Source: Sphagnum compactum
Lineage: Eukaryota
Reading direction: 5' to 3'
NCBI GenBank assembly: GCA_965153455.1
Contig: OZ234493.1
Coordinates: 27,766,213-27,830,212 of the forward strand
Length of the DNA: 64,000 nucleotides
The position numbers and the translations under genes are program-made. Shown here piece by piece: positions 1 to 10,174 of this stretch. The stretch's first letter is position 1. Every line of letters starts with the position of its first letter. The notes under the pieces were generated by a model. The model had not been told where the DNA came from. It saw only the letters and a program-made list of their open reading frames with translations, and did no database searches.

Positions 1-2158
1 TCAAAGGTCTATCTTGACTAAAGGCCAATGGTTCTTCTCCCTCAACTTCTTCATGCACAACTACATTTTCTTCTTTCTCAAGATGAGGTACACCACCTAT
101 TTCCTTTGACCTTTCAATGAACACAACATCTCTACTTTTGATGATTCTCTTTGTTTTCACACACATCAAGCGATACGCTTTGGTGCCTTCGTAATATCCT
201 AAAAACACACAAGGCATGGACTTGGACTCTAATTTGGTCCTCTTCTCATCGGGGACATGTGCAAAGGCCTTACAACCAAAAACTCTCAAATGGGACACAT
301 CGGGTTTCCTACCACTCCACGCTTCTTGAGGGGTCTTGGAATCAAGAGCCTTGGTTGGACATCGATTTTTGATGTACACCGCCGTGTTCACCGCTTCGCC
401 CCAAAATTGAAGTTCCAACCCTTGTGCAAGAATCATGCTTCTTGCACATTCCATGATGGTTCTATTGGCACGTTCCGCAACACCGTTTTGTTGTGTGGAA
501 TAGGGCGCACTTGTTTGTCGTTGAATTCCACATTCCGCAAGAAATGCGTCAAACTTTTTAGACACAAATTCTCCTCCGTTGTCGGAACGCAGCACTTTGA
601 TTTTGTGACCAATTTCGTTCTCCACCAACGCCTTGTATTGTTTGAACTTTTCAAACGCTTCTCCTTTGGCCTTCAAAAGATAGACATGAGTTTTCCTTGA
701 GAAATCGTCAATGAAAGTGAGAAAGTATCGCGCTCCACCATGGGATGTAGTCTTCATTGGCCCGCACACATCGGTGTGCACAATCTCCAAAAGTTGTGAA
801 GCCCTCGTTGCTCCGTCCTTGGGAAATGATGTTCTTTGATGTTTGCCTTTGACGCATCCTTCACAAATGTGATGCAACGGCACTTCTTTCAAATTCATGC
901 CATCCACCATGGCATCTAATTCCTTAAGGCTTGCCATGTTGAGATGGCCAAGTCTTTCATGCCAAAGCATCGCACTTTCCTCCAAAGAATTTGCAATGTG
1001 TGCCATGTCCTTACGCACCTTCACATTAAGAAGGTACAAGTTCTTGTCCCTTCGTGCTTGCGCCACAACAACTCCTCGAGCGTCGTTGACCTTACAACCA
1101 TCCTTGTCAAACTCCACTTTGAAACCTTCCGAAATGAGTTTGCTCACCGAAATGAGATTATTCTTCATTTTTGGAACATGAAGAACTTGGGTGATGGTTG
1201 TGTGTGTCAATTGGCCTCCCACTTGCAATGTGGCTTTGATGCTCCCCTTGCCAATGGCCTCCAAAACGGTGTCATCGCCCATGAACACCTTCCTTGGGGA
1301 AATGCGCTCGTACGTGGTAAACCATTCTTGTTCGAATGTCATGTGTTGCGTTGCACCCGAATCGACAATCCAATCATTCGTGGTATGATCATTGGCACTC
1401 AATGCCGCAACAAACATTTGTTCGTGATCTTCACAAGCTTGATTAACTTTTTCTTTTTCATCATTTTTCTTCTTCAAACAATTTCTCACAAAATGTCCGG
1501 GTTTCTTACAATAAAAGCAAAGCTTTTCATGTGGCTTGTGAGTTTTGTTCACTAATGCGGTAGTCTCGGAATTCTCACATTCTTTTCTTTTGGACACTTC
1601 GTGAAGCAACCTTGCTACAACGAATTGAAGGTCTACATCTTTCGTGGACATGGACTCCAAGCTTGTGACTAAGTTATCAAAGGATGGAGGAAGGCTCATG
1701 AGGAGTACCATGTAAACATCTTCATCCGTAATGTTCACCTCGATGGAACGTAGTTGGTCCGCAAGGGCTTTCACCGTGTTGATGTGCACAAGCATGTCAT
1801 CTCCTTCTTGCATTTTGATGGTGAAGAATCTCCTTCGAAGGAACAACTTGTTGCCAATGGTCTTAGCTTCATGCACACCACAAAGAGCCTCCCACGCACT
1901 TCTCACATTGTCACAATATTGAATGTGTGCAAGTTGGGCATCCGTGAGATGTTCGCAAAGCAATGCAAAAGCCTTGGTCTCTTTTTCGTTGTAATCGGCC
2001 CTTGCAACTTCTTCACTTGGCAAGGTGGCACTCCCATCAACAAATTTCCAAAGCCCATGTTTGGAAAGCATCATGCGCATTTTGAACTTCCAAAGGTGAA
2101 AGTTGCCACCATCAAACTTCTCCATGACTTTCAAGGACTCCATTTGAAAAGAAGACAT
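1..2158 (-). CDS. Copia gag-pol polyprotein, partial (gag, Zn knuckle, protease, integrase)
   Basis: ATG at 2158 (MSSFQMESLK). Colinear with the 1304-aa ORFs of E and G, and appears open to the window edge. Confidence 0.85.
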   Translation of the reverse strand, partial: MSSFQMESLKVMEKFDGGNFHLWKFKMRMMLSKHGLWKFVDGSATLPSEEVARADYNEKETKAFALLCEHLTDAQLAHIQYCDNVRSAWEALCGVHEAKTIGNKLFLRRRFFTIKMQEGDDMLVHINTVKALADQLRSIEVNITDEDVYMVLLMSLPPSFDNLVTSLESMSTKDVDLQFVVARLLHEVSKRKECENSETTALVNKTHKPHEKLCFYCKKPGHFVRNCLKKKNDEKEKVNQACEDHEQMFVAALSANDHTTNDWIVDSGATQHMTFEQEWFTTYERISPRKVFMGDDTVLEAIGKGSIKATLQVGGQLTHTTITQVLHVPKMKNNLISVSKLISEGFKVEFDKDGCKVNDARGVVVAQARRDKNLYLLNVKVRKDMAHIANSLEESAMLWHERLGHLNMASLKELDAMVDGMNLKEVPLHHICEGCVKGKHQRTSFPKDGATRASQLLEIVHTDVCGPMKTTSHGGARYFLTFIDDFSRKTHVYLLKAKGEAFEKFKQYKALVENEIGHKIKVLRSDNGGEFVSKKFDAFLAECGIQRQTSAPYSTQQNGVAERANRTIMECARSMILAQGLELQFWGEAVNTAVYIKNRCPTKALDSKTPQEAWSGRKPDVSHLRVFGCKAFAHVPDEKRTKLESKSMPCVFLGYYEGTKAYRLMCVKTKRIIKSRDVVFIERSKEIGGVPHLEKEENVVVHEEVEGEEPLAFSQDRPL

Positions 2159-2814
2159 TTTGAACACAAATGCTACAACAAACACTCTCAAACTTGAAAG
2201 TTGAAGTTTTGAACAACTAAAAGAACTATCTTCCAAACACTTTCACTTGGAAAACCTTGATACTTTCAAAAACAAGTTTTTCACACTTGAAAAACTTATA
2301 ACACCTAGAAGAAATCTCTTCCACACCTCTCACTCACTTGTAAGACTATTCTCTTTGCAACCTTGCAAACTAAAAGCCTTCCCTCAAAAGGATTCTCCCT
2401 TTCAATGTTGTACAAGCAAACACTTTCAAAAAACTTAAACGAAACAAGTTTCCTAAAAACCTTACAAGAAACTTGAAAAACTTCTCTTACACCTCAAACT
2501 TCAATGTTGGAAACCTCAAAAACTTGAAGAACTCTCTTTCACACTTTTGAACTTCAAACTTGAAACTTAAAGACTTGAAGAACACTCTTCCACACTTAAG
2601 AACTTACAACACTTTGAAGAAGTCTCTTCCACACCTCCCACTCACTTGGAAAAGTTGCAAGCTCCTTGTATGCCACCACTTGGAAATGAACTCTCTCTCC
2701 CTTTGCAAACTAAGAACCTTGTCTCAAAAGGATTTTCTCCTTTTTCCTATGCAATACAAGCTCAAACCTTTCACTACTTCTTGTTCTAACACAATGTCCT
2801 TTCTCTTGCTTGGT

Positions 2815-2828
2815 GTGGGCCCATAACC
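2815..2828 (-). promoter_or_regulatory. Primer-binding site complementary to the anticodon arm of initiator tRNA-Met (half-tRNA priming)
   Basis: Minus strand reads GGTTATGGGCCCAC directly after the LTR. This is the complement of GUGGGCCCAUAACC in plant tRNAiMet. Confidence 0.9.
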
Positions 2829-3317
2829 TATTGGAAACAACTTGAATACAAGCAAGAAATGCAACACTCAAGGTTCATGAAATGGAACAATTGTATTAAC
2901 TAAAAGAAGATTACAAAGGTTGTATGCTTCAAATGCTACAATCATAAAACTATGGCTTGCAACAACTAACAAAGCTTGAAGGTTCTATGTGCACTCAACA
3001 ACCATGAAAGGAAGGAATGAAAGACAACTCAAAACCACTCCATTATATAATATCTCCTAACCCTAAGTAGCCGCCACTTAACCCTAACCTAGCCGCCACC
3101 AAACCCTAACCCTAGCCGCCGCCTAACCCTAGCCGCCACCAAACCCTAAACCTAGCCGCCGCCTAACCCTAACCCTAGCCGCCGCTTAACCCTAAGTAGT
3201 CTCCACTTCTAAACCCTAACCTAACAACTACAAGGATGTGTATACTATTCATCCTTTTGATGAATGTTTAACACATTCATCAACATTGGGAATTAGAAAC
3301 GAATAGTATTTCTAACA
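2829..3317 (-). repeat. 5' LTR of element A (489 bp, TG...TA)
   Basis: Matches the LTRs at 9402-9890 and 27782-28270. Confidence 0.95.
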
Positions 3318-5263
3318 ATCATGAAGGCACGAAAGCATATCGCTTGATGTGTGTAGAAACCAAGAAAATCGTGAAAAATAGAGATGTTGTGTTCGTTGAG
3401 AGGTCAAAAGAAGTAAGCGGTGTGCTCCATCCCAAGAAAGTAGAAAATGTTGTTGTAGAAGTTGAAGGAGAAGAACCCTTGAGCTTTAGTGAGGATACAC
3501 CGTTGAATGAAGAAACAAGGGAAGGTGTGCAAAGTGAGTGCACACCATGTTCTTCATCGGAAGAAGAATTTGTTGTTTCGAATGACGATCCATCTCATGA
3601 GCCTTCACAACGTGTCTCAAAGGAAAGACCTCAGAGGCAACGAAGAGAATGGCCTCGAGATTGGTGGATTGCTACCAAGGAGGTGGAGCGTGCCACCATT
3701 GCATTTTTGGAGGAACCCCAAAATATTGAAGAAGCATTGACATGTGAAAGTTCCAAGGAGTGGGAGTGCGCCATGCAAGAAGAATATGATTCTCTCATGG
3801 CAAACAACACATGGACTTTGGTACCACTTCCCGTTGGAAGAAAACCCGTTTCTTGCAAATGGGTGTTCAAAATCAAACAAGGTGCCAACAGGGAGGTGGA
3901 ACGCTACAAGGCCAGATTAGTGGCAAGAGGTTTTACCCAAACGTACGGAATAGATTACAACGAAACTTTTGCGCCCGTCGCAAAGTTTACATCTATTCGT
4001 TGTATTCTTGCATTGGCGGCATTGGAAGACATGGAGATCCATCAAATGGACGTGAAAACCGCATTTTTGAATGGCGATCTTGAAGAGGAGATTTACATGG
4101 AGCAACCTCAAGGGTTTGTGCACCAAGGAGGTGAACATCTTGTGTGTAAGCTTCACAAGTCCTTGTATGGTTTGAAACAATCTCCGAGGGCATGGAATCA
4201 AAAGTTAGATGCCTTTCTCAAAAGCATCGAATTTATGAAGAGTGATGCCGATCCTAGTGTGTATGTTGCACAAGTGGGAGATGTCAAGTTTTTCCTTGTG
4301 GTCTATGTGGACGACCTCATTTTGGTGTGCAACGATCAAAACAAACTTTTGCAAATCAAAGAGGAATTGAGTCAAAAGTTTGAAATGAAAGACCTCGGGG
4401 AGTTGCATTTCTTTTTGGGGATGGAAGTGGAAAGGAATCGTGATGAACGACTCTTACGCATCAATCAAATCAAATACCTGAAGGAAATATTGAAGCGTTT
4501 TGGAATGGAAGATTGTAAGCCCATTGGAGTTCCATTCGATCCCAAAATGAAGCTACGAAGGACCACGCATGGAAATGATGAATCGAAGGGATTTCCATAT
4601 CAACAAGCGGTTGGGTCCTTGATGTATGTCATGTTGTGCACACGACCCGACTTGGCATTCCCAATAAGTGTGTTGAGTCAACACATGGCCAACCCTAGCA
4701 TGGAGCATTGGATGGCCGTCAAACGAGTCTTTCGATATTTACAAGGTACATTGCAAATGAAGTTACGTTTCGGTGCAATACCATCCTAGGAAGTGCTTGG
4801 ATATTGTGATGCGGATTGGGGTGGCGATCTCGAAGATAGGAGGTCCACCACAGGGTTTGTTTTCATGATCGGAGGTGGAGCCATATCTTGGAGTAGCAAA
4901 CGACAACCTACAATAGCGTTGTCCACCACGGAGGCGGAGTACATGGCGAACACGCAAGCCACAAAAGAAGCCATATGGATAACAAAATTGATGATGGATT
5001 TAGGATACGTGGAAGAGAAAAAGGTGATGGTGATTCGATGCGACAATCAAGGTGCGATATCATTGACCAAGAATCCCACTCACCGTGCACGAACAAAACA
5101 CATTGACGTACAACATCATTTTGTTCGAGAACGAGTTGAAAATGGAGAAGTTCAATTTGAATATTGTCCAACGGAACACATGGTGGCGGATGTCCTTACC
5201 AAGGCATTATCCAAAGAACGACACCACAAATTCATAAACATGTTTGGATTAGAAACTTCATAG
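3318..5263 (+). pseudogene. Element B pol (INT C-terminus, RT, RNase H) with a nonsense mutation
   Basis: YVDD and CDADW motifs present. In-frame TAG at 4787-4789 where sister copies have AAG. Confidence 0.92.
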
Positions 5264-5271
5264 AGTGGGAG

Positions 5272-5502
5272 TGTTAGAAGTACTATTCGTTTCTAATTCC
5301 CAACGTTGATGAATGTGTTCAAAGTACTATTCGTTTCTAATGTTAATGGATGTGTTAAACATTCATCAAAAGGATGAATAGTATTGACATCCTTATAGTA
5401 GTTAGGTTAGGTTGAATAGTGGTGGCTAGGGTTAAGGTTTGGTGGCGGCTAGGGTTAGGGTTTTGCTAACGGCTAGGGTTAGGCGACGGCTAGGGTTAGG
5501 GT
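5272..5502 (+). repeat. Left part of element B 3' LTR (B-type, duplicated 5' module)
   Basis: Starts TGTTAGAAG after the PPT and ends in TSD AGGGT at 5498-5502. Same subtype as the solo LTR at 28537-29044. Confidence 0.88.
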
Positions 5503-5790
5503 TGTTAGGGTTAGGCGACGGCTAGATTTAGGGTTTGGTGGCGGCTAGGGTTAGGCGGCGGCTAGGGTTAGGGTTTGGTGGCGGCTAGGTTAGGGTTAAG
5601 TGGCGGCTACTTAGGGTTAGGAGATATTATATAATGGAGTGGTTTTGAGTTGTCTTTCATTCCTTCCTTTCATGGTTGTTGAGTGCACATAGAACCTTCA
5701 AGCTTTGTTAGTTGTTGCAAGCCATAGTTTTATGATTGTAGCATTTGAAGCATACAACCTTTGTAATCTTCTTTTAGTTAATACAACAAG

Positions 5791-8700
5791 TTGTTCCTTC
5801 GAAGGAGATTCTTCACCATCAAAATGCAAGAAGGAGATGACATGCTTGTGCACATCAACACGGTGAAAGCCCTTGCGGACCAACTACGTTCCATCGAGGT
5901 GAACATTACGGATGAAGATGTTTACATGGTACTCCTCATGAGCCTTCCTCCATCCTTTGATAACTTAGTCACAAGCTTGGAGTCCATGTCCACGAAAGAT
6001 GTAGACCTTCAATTCGTTGTAGCAAGGTTGCTTCACGAAGTGTCCAAAAGAAAAGAATGTGAGAATTCCGAGACTACCGCATTAGTGAACAAAACTCACA
6101 AGCCAAATGAGAAGCTTTGCTTTTATTGTAAGAAACCCGGACATTTTGTGAGAAATTGTTTGAAGAAGAAAAATGATGAAAAAGAAAAAGTTAATCAAGC
6201 TTGTGAAGATCACGAACAAATGTTTGTTGCGGCATTGAGTGCCAATGATCATACCACGAATGATTGGATTGTCGATTCGGGTGCAACGCAACACATGACA
6301 TTCGAACAAGAATGGTTTACCACGTACGAGCGCATTTCCCCAAGGAGGGTGTTCATGGGCGATGACACCGTTTTGGAGGCCATTGGCAAGGGGAGCATCA
6401 AAGCCACATTGCAAGTGGGAGGCCAATTGACACACACAACCATCACCCAAGTTCTTCATGTTCCAAAAATGAAGAATAATCTCATTTCGGTGAGCAAACT
6501 CATTTCGGAAGGTTTCAAAGTGGAGTTTGACAAGGATGGTTGTAAGGTCAACGATGCTCGAGGAGTTGTTGTGGCGCAAGCACGAAGGGACAAGAACTTG
6601 TACCTTCTTAATGTGAAGGTGCGTAAGGACATGGCACACATTGCAAATTCTTTGGAGGAAAGTGCGATGCTTTGGCATGAAAGACTTGGCCATCTCAACA
6701 TGGCAAGCCTTAAGGAATTAGATGCCATGGTGGATGGCATGAATTTGAAAGAAGTGCCGTTGCATCACATTTGTGAAGGATGCGTCAAAGGCAAACATCA
6801 AAGAACATCATTTCCCAAGGACGGAGCAACGAGGGCTTCACAACTTTTGGAGATTGTGCACACCGATGTGTGCGGGCCAATGAAGACTACATCCCATGGT
6901 GGAGCGCGATACATTCTCACTTTCATTGACGATTTCTCAAGGAAAACTCATGTCTATCTTTTGAAGGCCAAAGGAGAAGCGTTTGAAAAGTTCAAACAAT
7001 ACAAGGCGTTGGTGGAGAACGAAATTGGTCACAAAATCAAAGTGCTGCGTTCCGACAACGGAGGAGAATTTGTGTCTAAAAAATTTGACGCATTTCTTGC
7101 GGAATGTGGAATTCAACGACAAACAAGTGCGCCCTATTCCCCACAACAAAACGGTGTTGCGGAACGTGCCAATAGAACCATCATGGAATGTGCAAGAAGC
7201 ATGATTCTTGCACAAGGGTTGGAACTTGAATTTTGGGGCGAAGCGGTGAACACGGCGGTGTACATCAAAATCCGATGTCCAACCAAGGCTCTTGATTCCA
7301 AGACCCCTCAAGAAGCGTGGAGTGGTAGGAAACCTGATGTGTCCCATTTGAGAGTTTTTGGTTGTAAGGCCTTTGCACATGTCCCCGATGAGAAGAGGAC
7401 CAAATTAGACTCCAAGTCCATGCCTTGTGTGTTTTTAGGATATTACGAAGGCACCAAAGCGTATCGCTTGATGTGTGTGAAAACCAAGAGAATCATCAAA
7501 AGTAGAGATGTTGTGTTCATTGAAAGGTCAAAGGAAATAGGTGGTGTACCTCATCTTGAGAAAGAAGAAAATGTAGTTGTGCACGAAGAAGTTGAGGGAG
7601 AAGAACCATTGGCCTTTAGTCAAGATAGACCTTTGAGTGAAACAAGAATGGAAGGTGTGCAAAGTGAATCCACACCAAGTTCTTCATCGGAAGAGGAATT
7701 TGTTGTTTCCAATGACAACCCATCTTGTGAACCTTCACAAGATATTGCGAGCGAAAGACCTCAAAGGCAACGAAGGGAATGGCCTCGGGATTGGTGGATT
7801 GCTACCAAAGAGGTGGAGCGCGCCACCGTTGCATTTTTGGAGGAGCCCCAAAATATTGAAGAAGCATTGACATGTGAAAATTCCAAAGAGTGGGAGTGTG
7901 CGATGCGAGAAGAATATGATTCCCTCATGACAAACAACACATGGACTTTGGTACCACTTCCCGCCGGTAGGAAACCCGTTTCTTGCAAATGGGTGTTCAA
8001 AATCAAACAAGGCGCAAATGGGGAAGTGGAACGCTACAAGGCTAGATTAGTAGCAAGAGGTTTTACCCAAACCTACGGAGTGGATTACAACGAAACTTTT
8101 GCGCCGGTCGCAAAATTTGCATCTATTCGTTGTATTCTTGCATTGGCGGCCTTGGAAGACATGGAGATCCATCAAATGGACGTGAAAACCGCATTTCTCA
8201 ATGGGGAGCTTGAAGAGGAGATTTACATGGAGCAACCTCAAGGGTTCGTGCACCAAGGAGGTGAACATCTCGTGTGTAAACTTCACAAGTCCTTGTATGG
8301 TTTGAAACAATCTCCGAGGGCATGGAATCAAAAGTTAGATGCGTTTCTCAAAAGCATTGAATTTATCAAGAGTGAGGCGGATCCTAGTGTGTACGTTGCA
8401 CAAGTGGGAGATGTGAAGTTTTTCATTGTGGTCTATGTGGACGACCTCATTTTGGTGTGCAACGATCAAAACAAACTTTTACAAATCAAAGAGGAATTGA
8501 GTCAAAAGTTTGAAATGAAGGACCTCGGGGAGTTGCATTTCTTTTTGGGGATGGAGGTGGAAAGGAATCGTGATGAAAGACTCCTACGCATCAACCAAAT
8601 CAAATACCTCAAGGAAATATTGAAGCGGTTTCGAATGGAAGAATGTAAGCCCATTGGAGTTCCATTGGATCCCAAGGTGAAGTTACAAAGGAATGTGAAA

Positions 8701-9393
8701 GGAAATGATGAATCAAAGGGATTCCCATATCAACAAGCGGTTGGGTCTTTGATGTATGCCATGTTGTGCACACGACCCGACTTGGCATACCCAATAAGCG
8801 TGTTGAGTCAACACATGGCCAACCCTAACATGGAGCATTGGATGGCCGTCAAACGAATCTTTCGATATTTGCAAGGTACATTGCAAATGAAATTACAATT
8901 CGGTGGAACACCATCCAAGGAAGTTCTTGGATATTGTGATGCGGATTGGGGTGGTGATCTTGAAGATAGGAGGTCCACCACAGGGTTTGTTTTCATGATT
9001 GGAGGTGGAGCGATTTCTTGGAGTAGCAAACGACAACCCACAATAGCATTGTCCACCACGGAGGCGGAATACATGGCGAACACGCAAGCCACAAAAGAAG
9101 CCGTATGGATAACAAAATTGATGATGGATTTGGGATACATGGAGGAGAAGAAAATGATGGTGATTCGATGCGACAATCAAGGTGCGATATCATTGACCAA
9201 GAATCCCACTCACCATGCACGAACAAAACACATTGATGTACAACATCATTTTGTTCGAGAACGAGTTGAAAATGGAGAAGTTGGATTTGAATATTGTCCA
9301 ACGGAACACATGGTGGCGGATGTCCTTACTAAGGCATTATCTAAAGAACGACATCATAAGTTGATAAACATGTTCGGATTAGAAACTTCATAG
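5791..9393 (+). CDS. Element C polyprotein, N-terminally truncated but otherwise open (1200 codons)
   Basis: CX2CX4HX4C knuckle, WIVDSGA protease, integrase HHCC and DDE, RT YVDD, RNase H, in Copia order. Confidence 0.85.
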   Translation: MFLRRRFFTIKMQEGDDMLVHINTVKALADQLRSIEVNITDEDVYMVLLMSLPPSFDNLVTSLESMSTKDVDLQFVVARLLHEVSKRKECENSETTALVNKTHKPNEKLCFYCKKPGHFVRNCLKKKNDEKEKVNQACEDHEQMFVAALSANDHTTNDWIVDSGATQHMTFEQEWFTTYERISPRRVFMGDDTVLEAIGKGSIKATLQVGGQLTHTTITQVLHVPKMKNNLISVSKLISEGFKVEFDKDGCKVNDARGVVVAQARRDKNLYLLNVKVRKDMAHIANSLEESAMLWHERLGHLNMASLKELDAMVDGMNLKEVPLHHICEGCVKGKHQRTSFPKDGATRASQLLEIVHTDVCGPMKTTSHGGARYILTFIDDFSRKTHVYLLKAKGEAFEKFKQYKALVENEIGHKIKVLRSDNGGEFVSKKFDAFLAECGIQRQTSAPYSPQQNGVAERANRTIMECARSMILAQGLELEFWGEAVNTAVYIKIRCPTKALDSKTPQEAWSGRKPDVSHLRVFGCKAFAHVPDEKRTKLDSKSMPCVFLGYYEGTKAYRLMCVKTKRIIKSRDVVFIERSKEIGGVPHLEKEENVVVHEEVEGEEPLAFSQDRPLSETRMEGVQSESTPSSSSEEEFVVSNDNPSCEPSQDIASERPQRQRREWPRDWWIATKEVERATVAFLEEPQNIEEALTCENSKEWECAMREEYDSLMTNNTWTLVPLPAGRKPVSCKWVFKIKQGANGEVERYKARLVARGFTQTYGVDYNETFAPVAKFASIRCILALAALEDMEIHQMDVKTAFLNGELEEEIYMEQPQGFVHQGGEHLVCKLHKSLYGLKQSPRAWNQKLDAFLKSIEFIKSEADPSVYVAQVGDVKFFIVVYVDDLILVCNDQNKLLQIKEELSQKFEMKDLGELHFFLGMEVERNRDERLLRINQIKYLKEILKRFRMEECKPIGVPLDPKVKLQRNVKGNDESKGFPYQQAVGSLMYAMLCTRPDLAYPISVLSQHMANPNMEHWMAVKRIFRYLQGTLQMKLQFGGTPSKEVLGYCDADWGGDLEDRRSTTGFVFMIGGGAISWSSKRQPTIALSTTEAEYMANTQATKEAVWITKLMMDLGYMEEKKMMVIRCDNQGAISLTKNPTHHARTKHIDVQHHFVRERVENGEVGFEYCPTEHMVADVLTKALSKERHHKLINMFGLETS

Positions 9394-9401
9394 AGTGGGA
9401 G

Positions 9402-9890
9402 TGTTAGAAATACTATTCGTTTCTAATTCCCAATGTTGATGAATGTGTTAAACATTCATCAAAAGGATGAATAGTATACACATCCTTGTAGTTGTTAGGT
9501 TAGGGTTTAGAAGTGGAGACTACTTAGGGTTTGGCGGCGGCTAGGGTTAGGGTTAGGCGACGGCTAGATTTAGGGTTTGGTGGCGGCTAGGGTTAGGCGG
9601 CGGCTAGGGTTAGGGTTTGGTGGCGGCTAGGTTAGGGTTAAGTGGCGGCTACTTAGGGTTAGGAGATATTATATAATGGAGTGGTTTTGAGTTGTCTTTC
9701 ATTCCTTCCTTTCATGGTTGTTGAGTGCACATAGAACCTTCAAGCTTTGTTAGTTGTTGCAAGCCATAGTTTTATGATTGTAGCATTTGAAGCATACAAC
9801 CTTTGTAATCTTCTTTTAGTTAATACAATTGTTCCATTTCATGAACCTTGAGAGTTACATTTCTTGCTTGTATTCAAGTTGTTTCCAATA
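9402..9890 (+). repeat. 3' LTR of element C (489 bp)
   Basis: Follows PPT AGAGTGGGAG; reads TGTTAG...CCAATA. Confidence 0.95.
9670..9705 (+). promoter_or_regulatory. LTR core promoter: TATATAA plus initiator-like TCATTCC (predicted TSS at 9701); representative of family-1 LTRs
   Basis: TATATAA at 9670-9676 lies 31 nt upstream of the A in TCATTCC, directly downstream of the GCC/telo array. Confidence 0.65.
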
Positions 9891-10174
9891 AGGGTTTGGT
9901 GGCAGCTAGGGTTAGGGTTAAGTGGCGGCTACTTTAGGGTTAGGAGATAGTATATATTGGAGTGGTTTTGAGTGGTCTTTCATTCCTTCCTTTCATGGTT
10001 TTTTGAGTGCACATAGAACCTTCACGCTTTGTTAGTTGTTGCAAGCCATAGTTTTGTGATTGCATCATTTGAAAGCATACAACCTTTGTATTGTTCTTGT
10101 TAGTTAATACAATTGTTCCACTTCATGAACCTTGAGTGTTCCATTTCTTGCTTGTTTACAAGTTGTTTCCAATA
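9891..10174 (+). repeat. Right part of element B 3' LTR
   Basis: Resumes the array after the TSD, carries B-type variants shared with 28537-29044, and ends CCAATA. Confidence 0.9.

Larger units (their letters stand above)
1..3317 (-). mobile_element. Copia family-1 element A (5' LTR, PBS, gag-PR-INT; runs off the left edge), inserted into element B
   Basis: Near-identical to E and G. LTR at 2829-3317, PBS at 2815-2828. The flank from 3318 is + strand pol of element B (ATCAT, presumed TSD; its mate is outside the window). Confidence 0.95.
5503..9890 (+). mobile_element. Copia element C, inserted in the telo/GCC array of B's LTR; two 5' deletions
   Basis: TSD AGGGT at 5498-5502 and 9891-9895. 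Both LTRs share the private variant CGACGGCTAGATTT. The 5' LTR lacks 143 bp, and about 1040 bp covering the LTR end, PBS, leader and gag start is missing at 5784-5786. Confidence 0.9.
3318..10174 (+). mobile_element. Copia element B (diverged subfamily), 3' half; its 3' LTR is split by element C
   Basis: End of INT, RT and RNase H at 3318-5263. Polypurine tract AGAGTGGGAG at 5262-5271. LTR halves at 5272-5502 and 9891-10174. Confidence 0.92.

Noticed and set aside
257-2197. Recurrent antisense ORFs (147, 203, 122, 94 aa etc.) in every Copia copy
   Set aside because: They are shadow frames of gag-pol, repeated only because the copies are near-identical; no recognisable domains.
3055-3225. True telomere or interstitial telomeric array
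   Set aside because: The TTAGGG/TTTAGGG units are interleaved with GGCGGCT and always sit at a fixed position inside LTRs; there is no pure tandem tract.
4787-4789. Programmed stop-codon readthrough between RT and RNase H
   Set aside because: Sister copies have AAG here, so it is a private nonsense mutation.
9430-9490. Hammerhead ribozyme in the LTR (TGATGA next to stems)
   Set aside because: The core reads TTGATGA rather than CTGATGA, lies inside a stem, and has no GAAA following a helix II on either strand.
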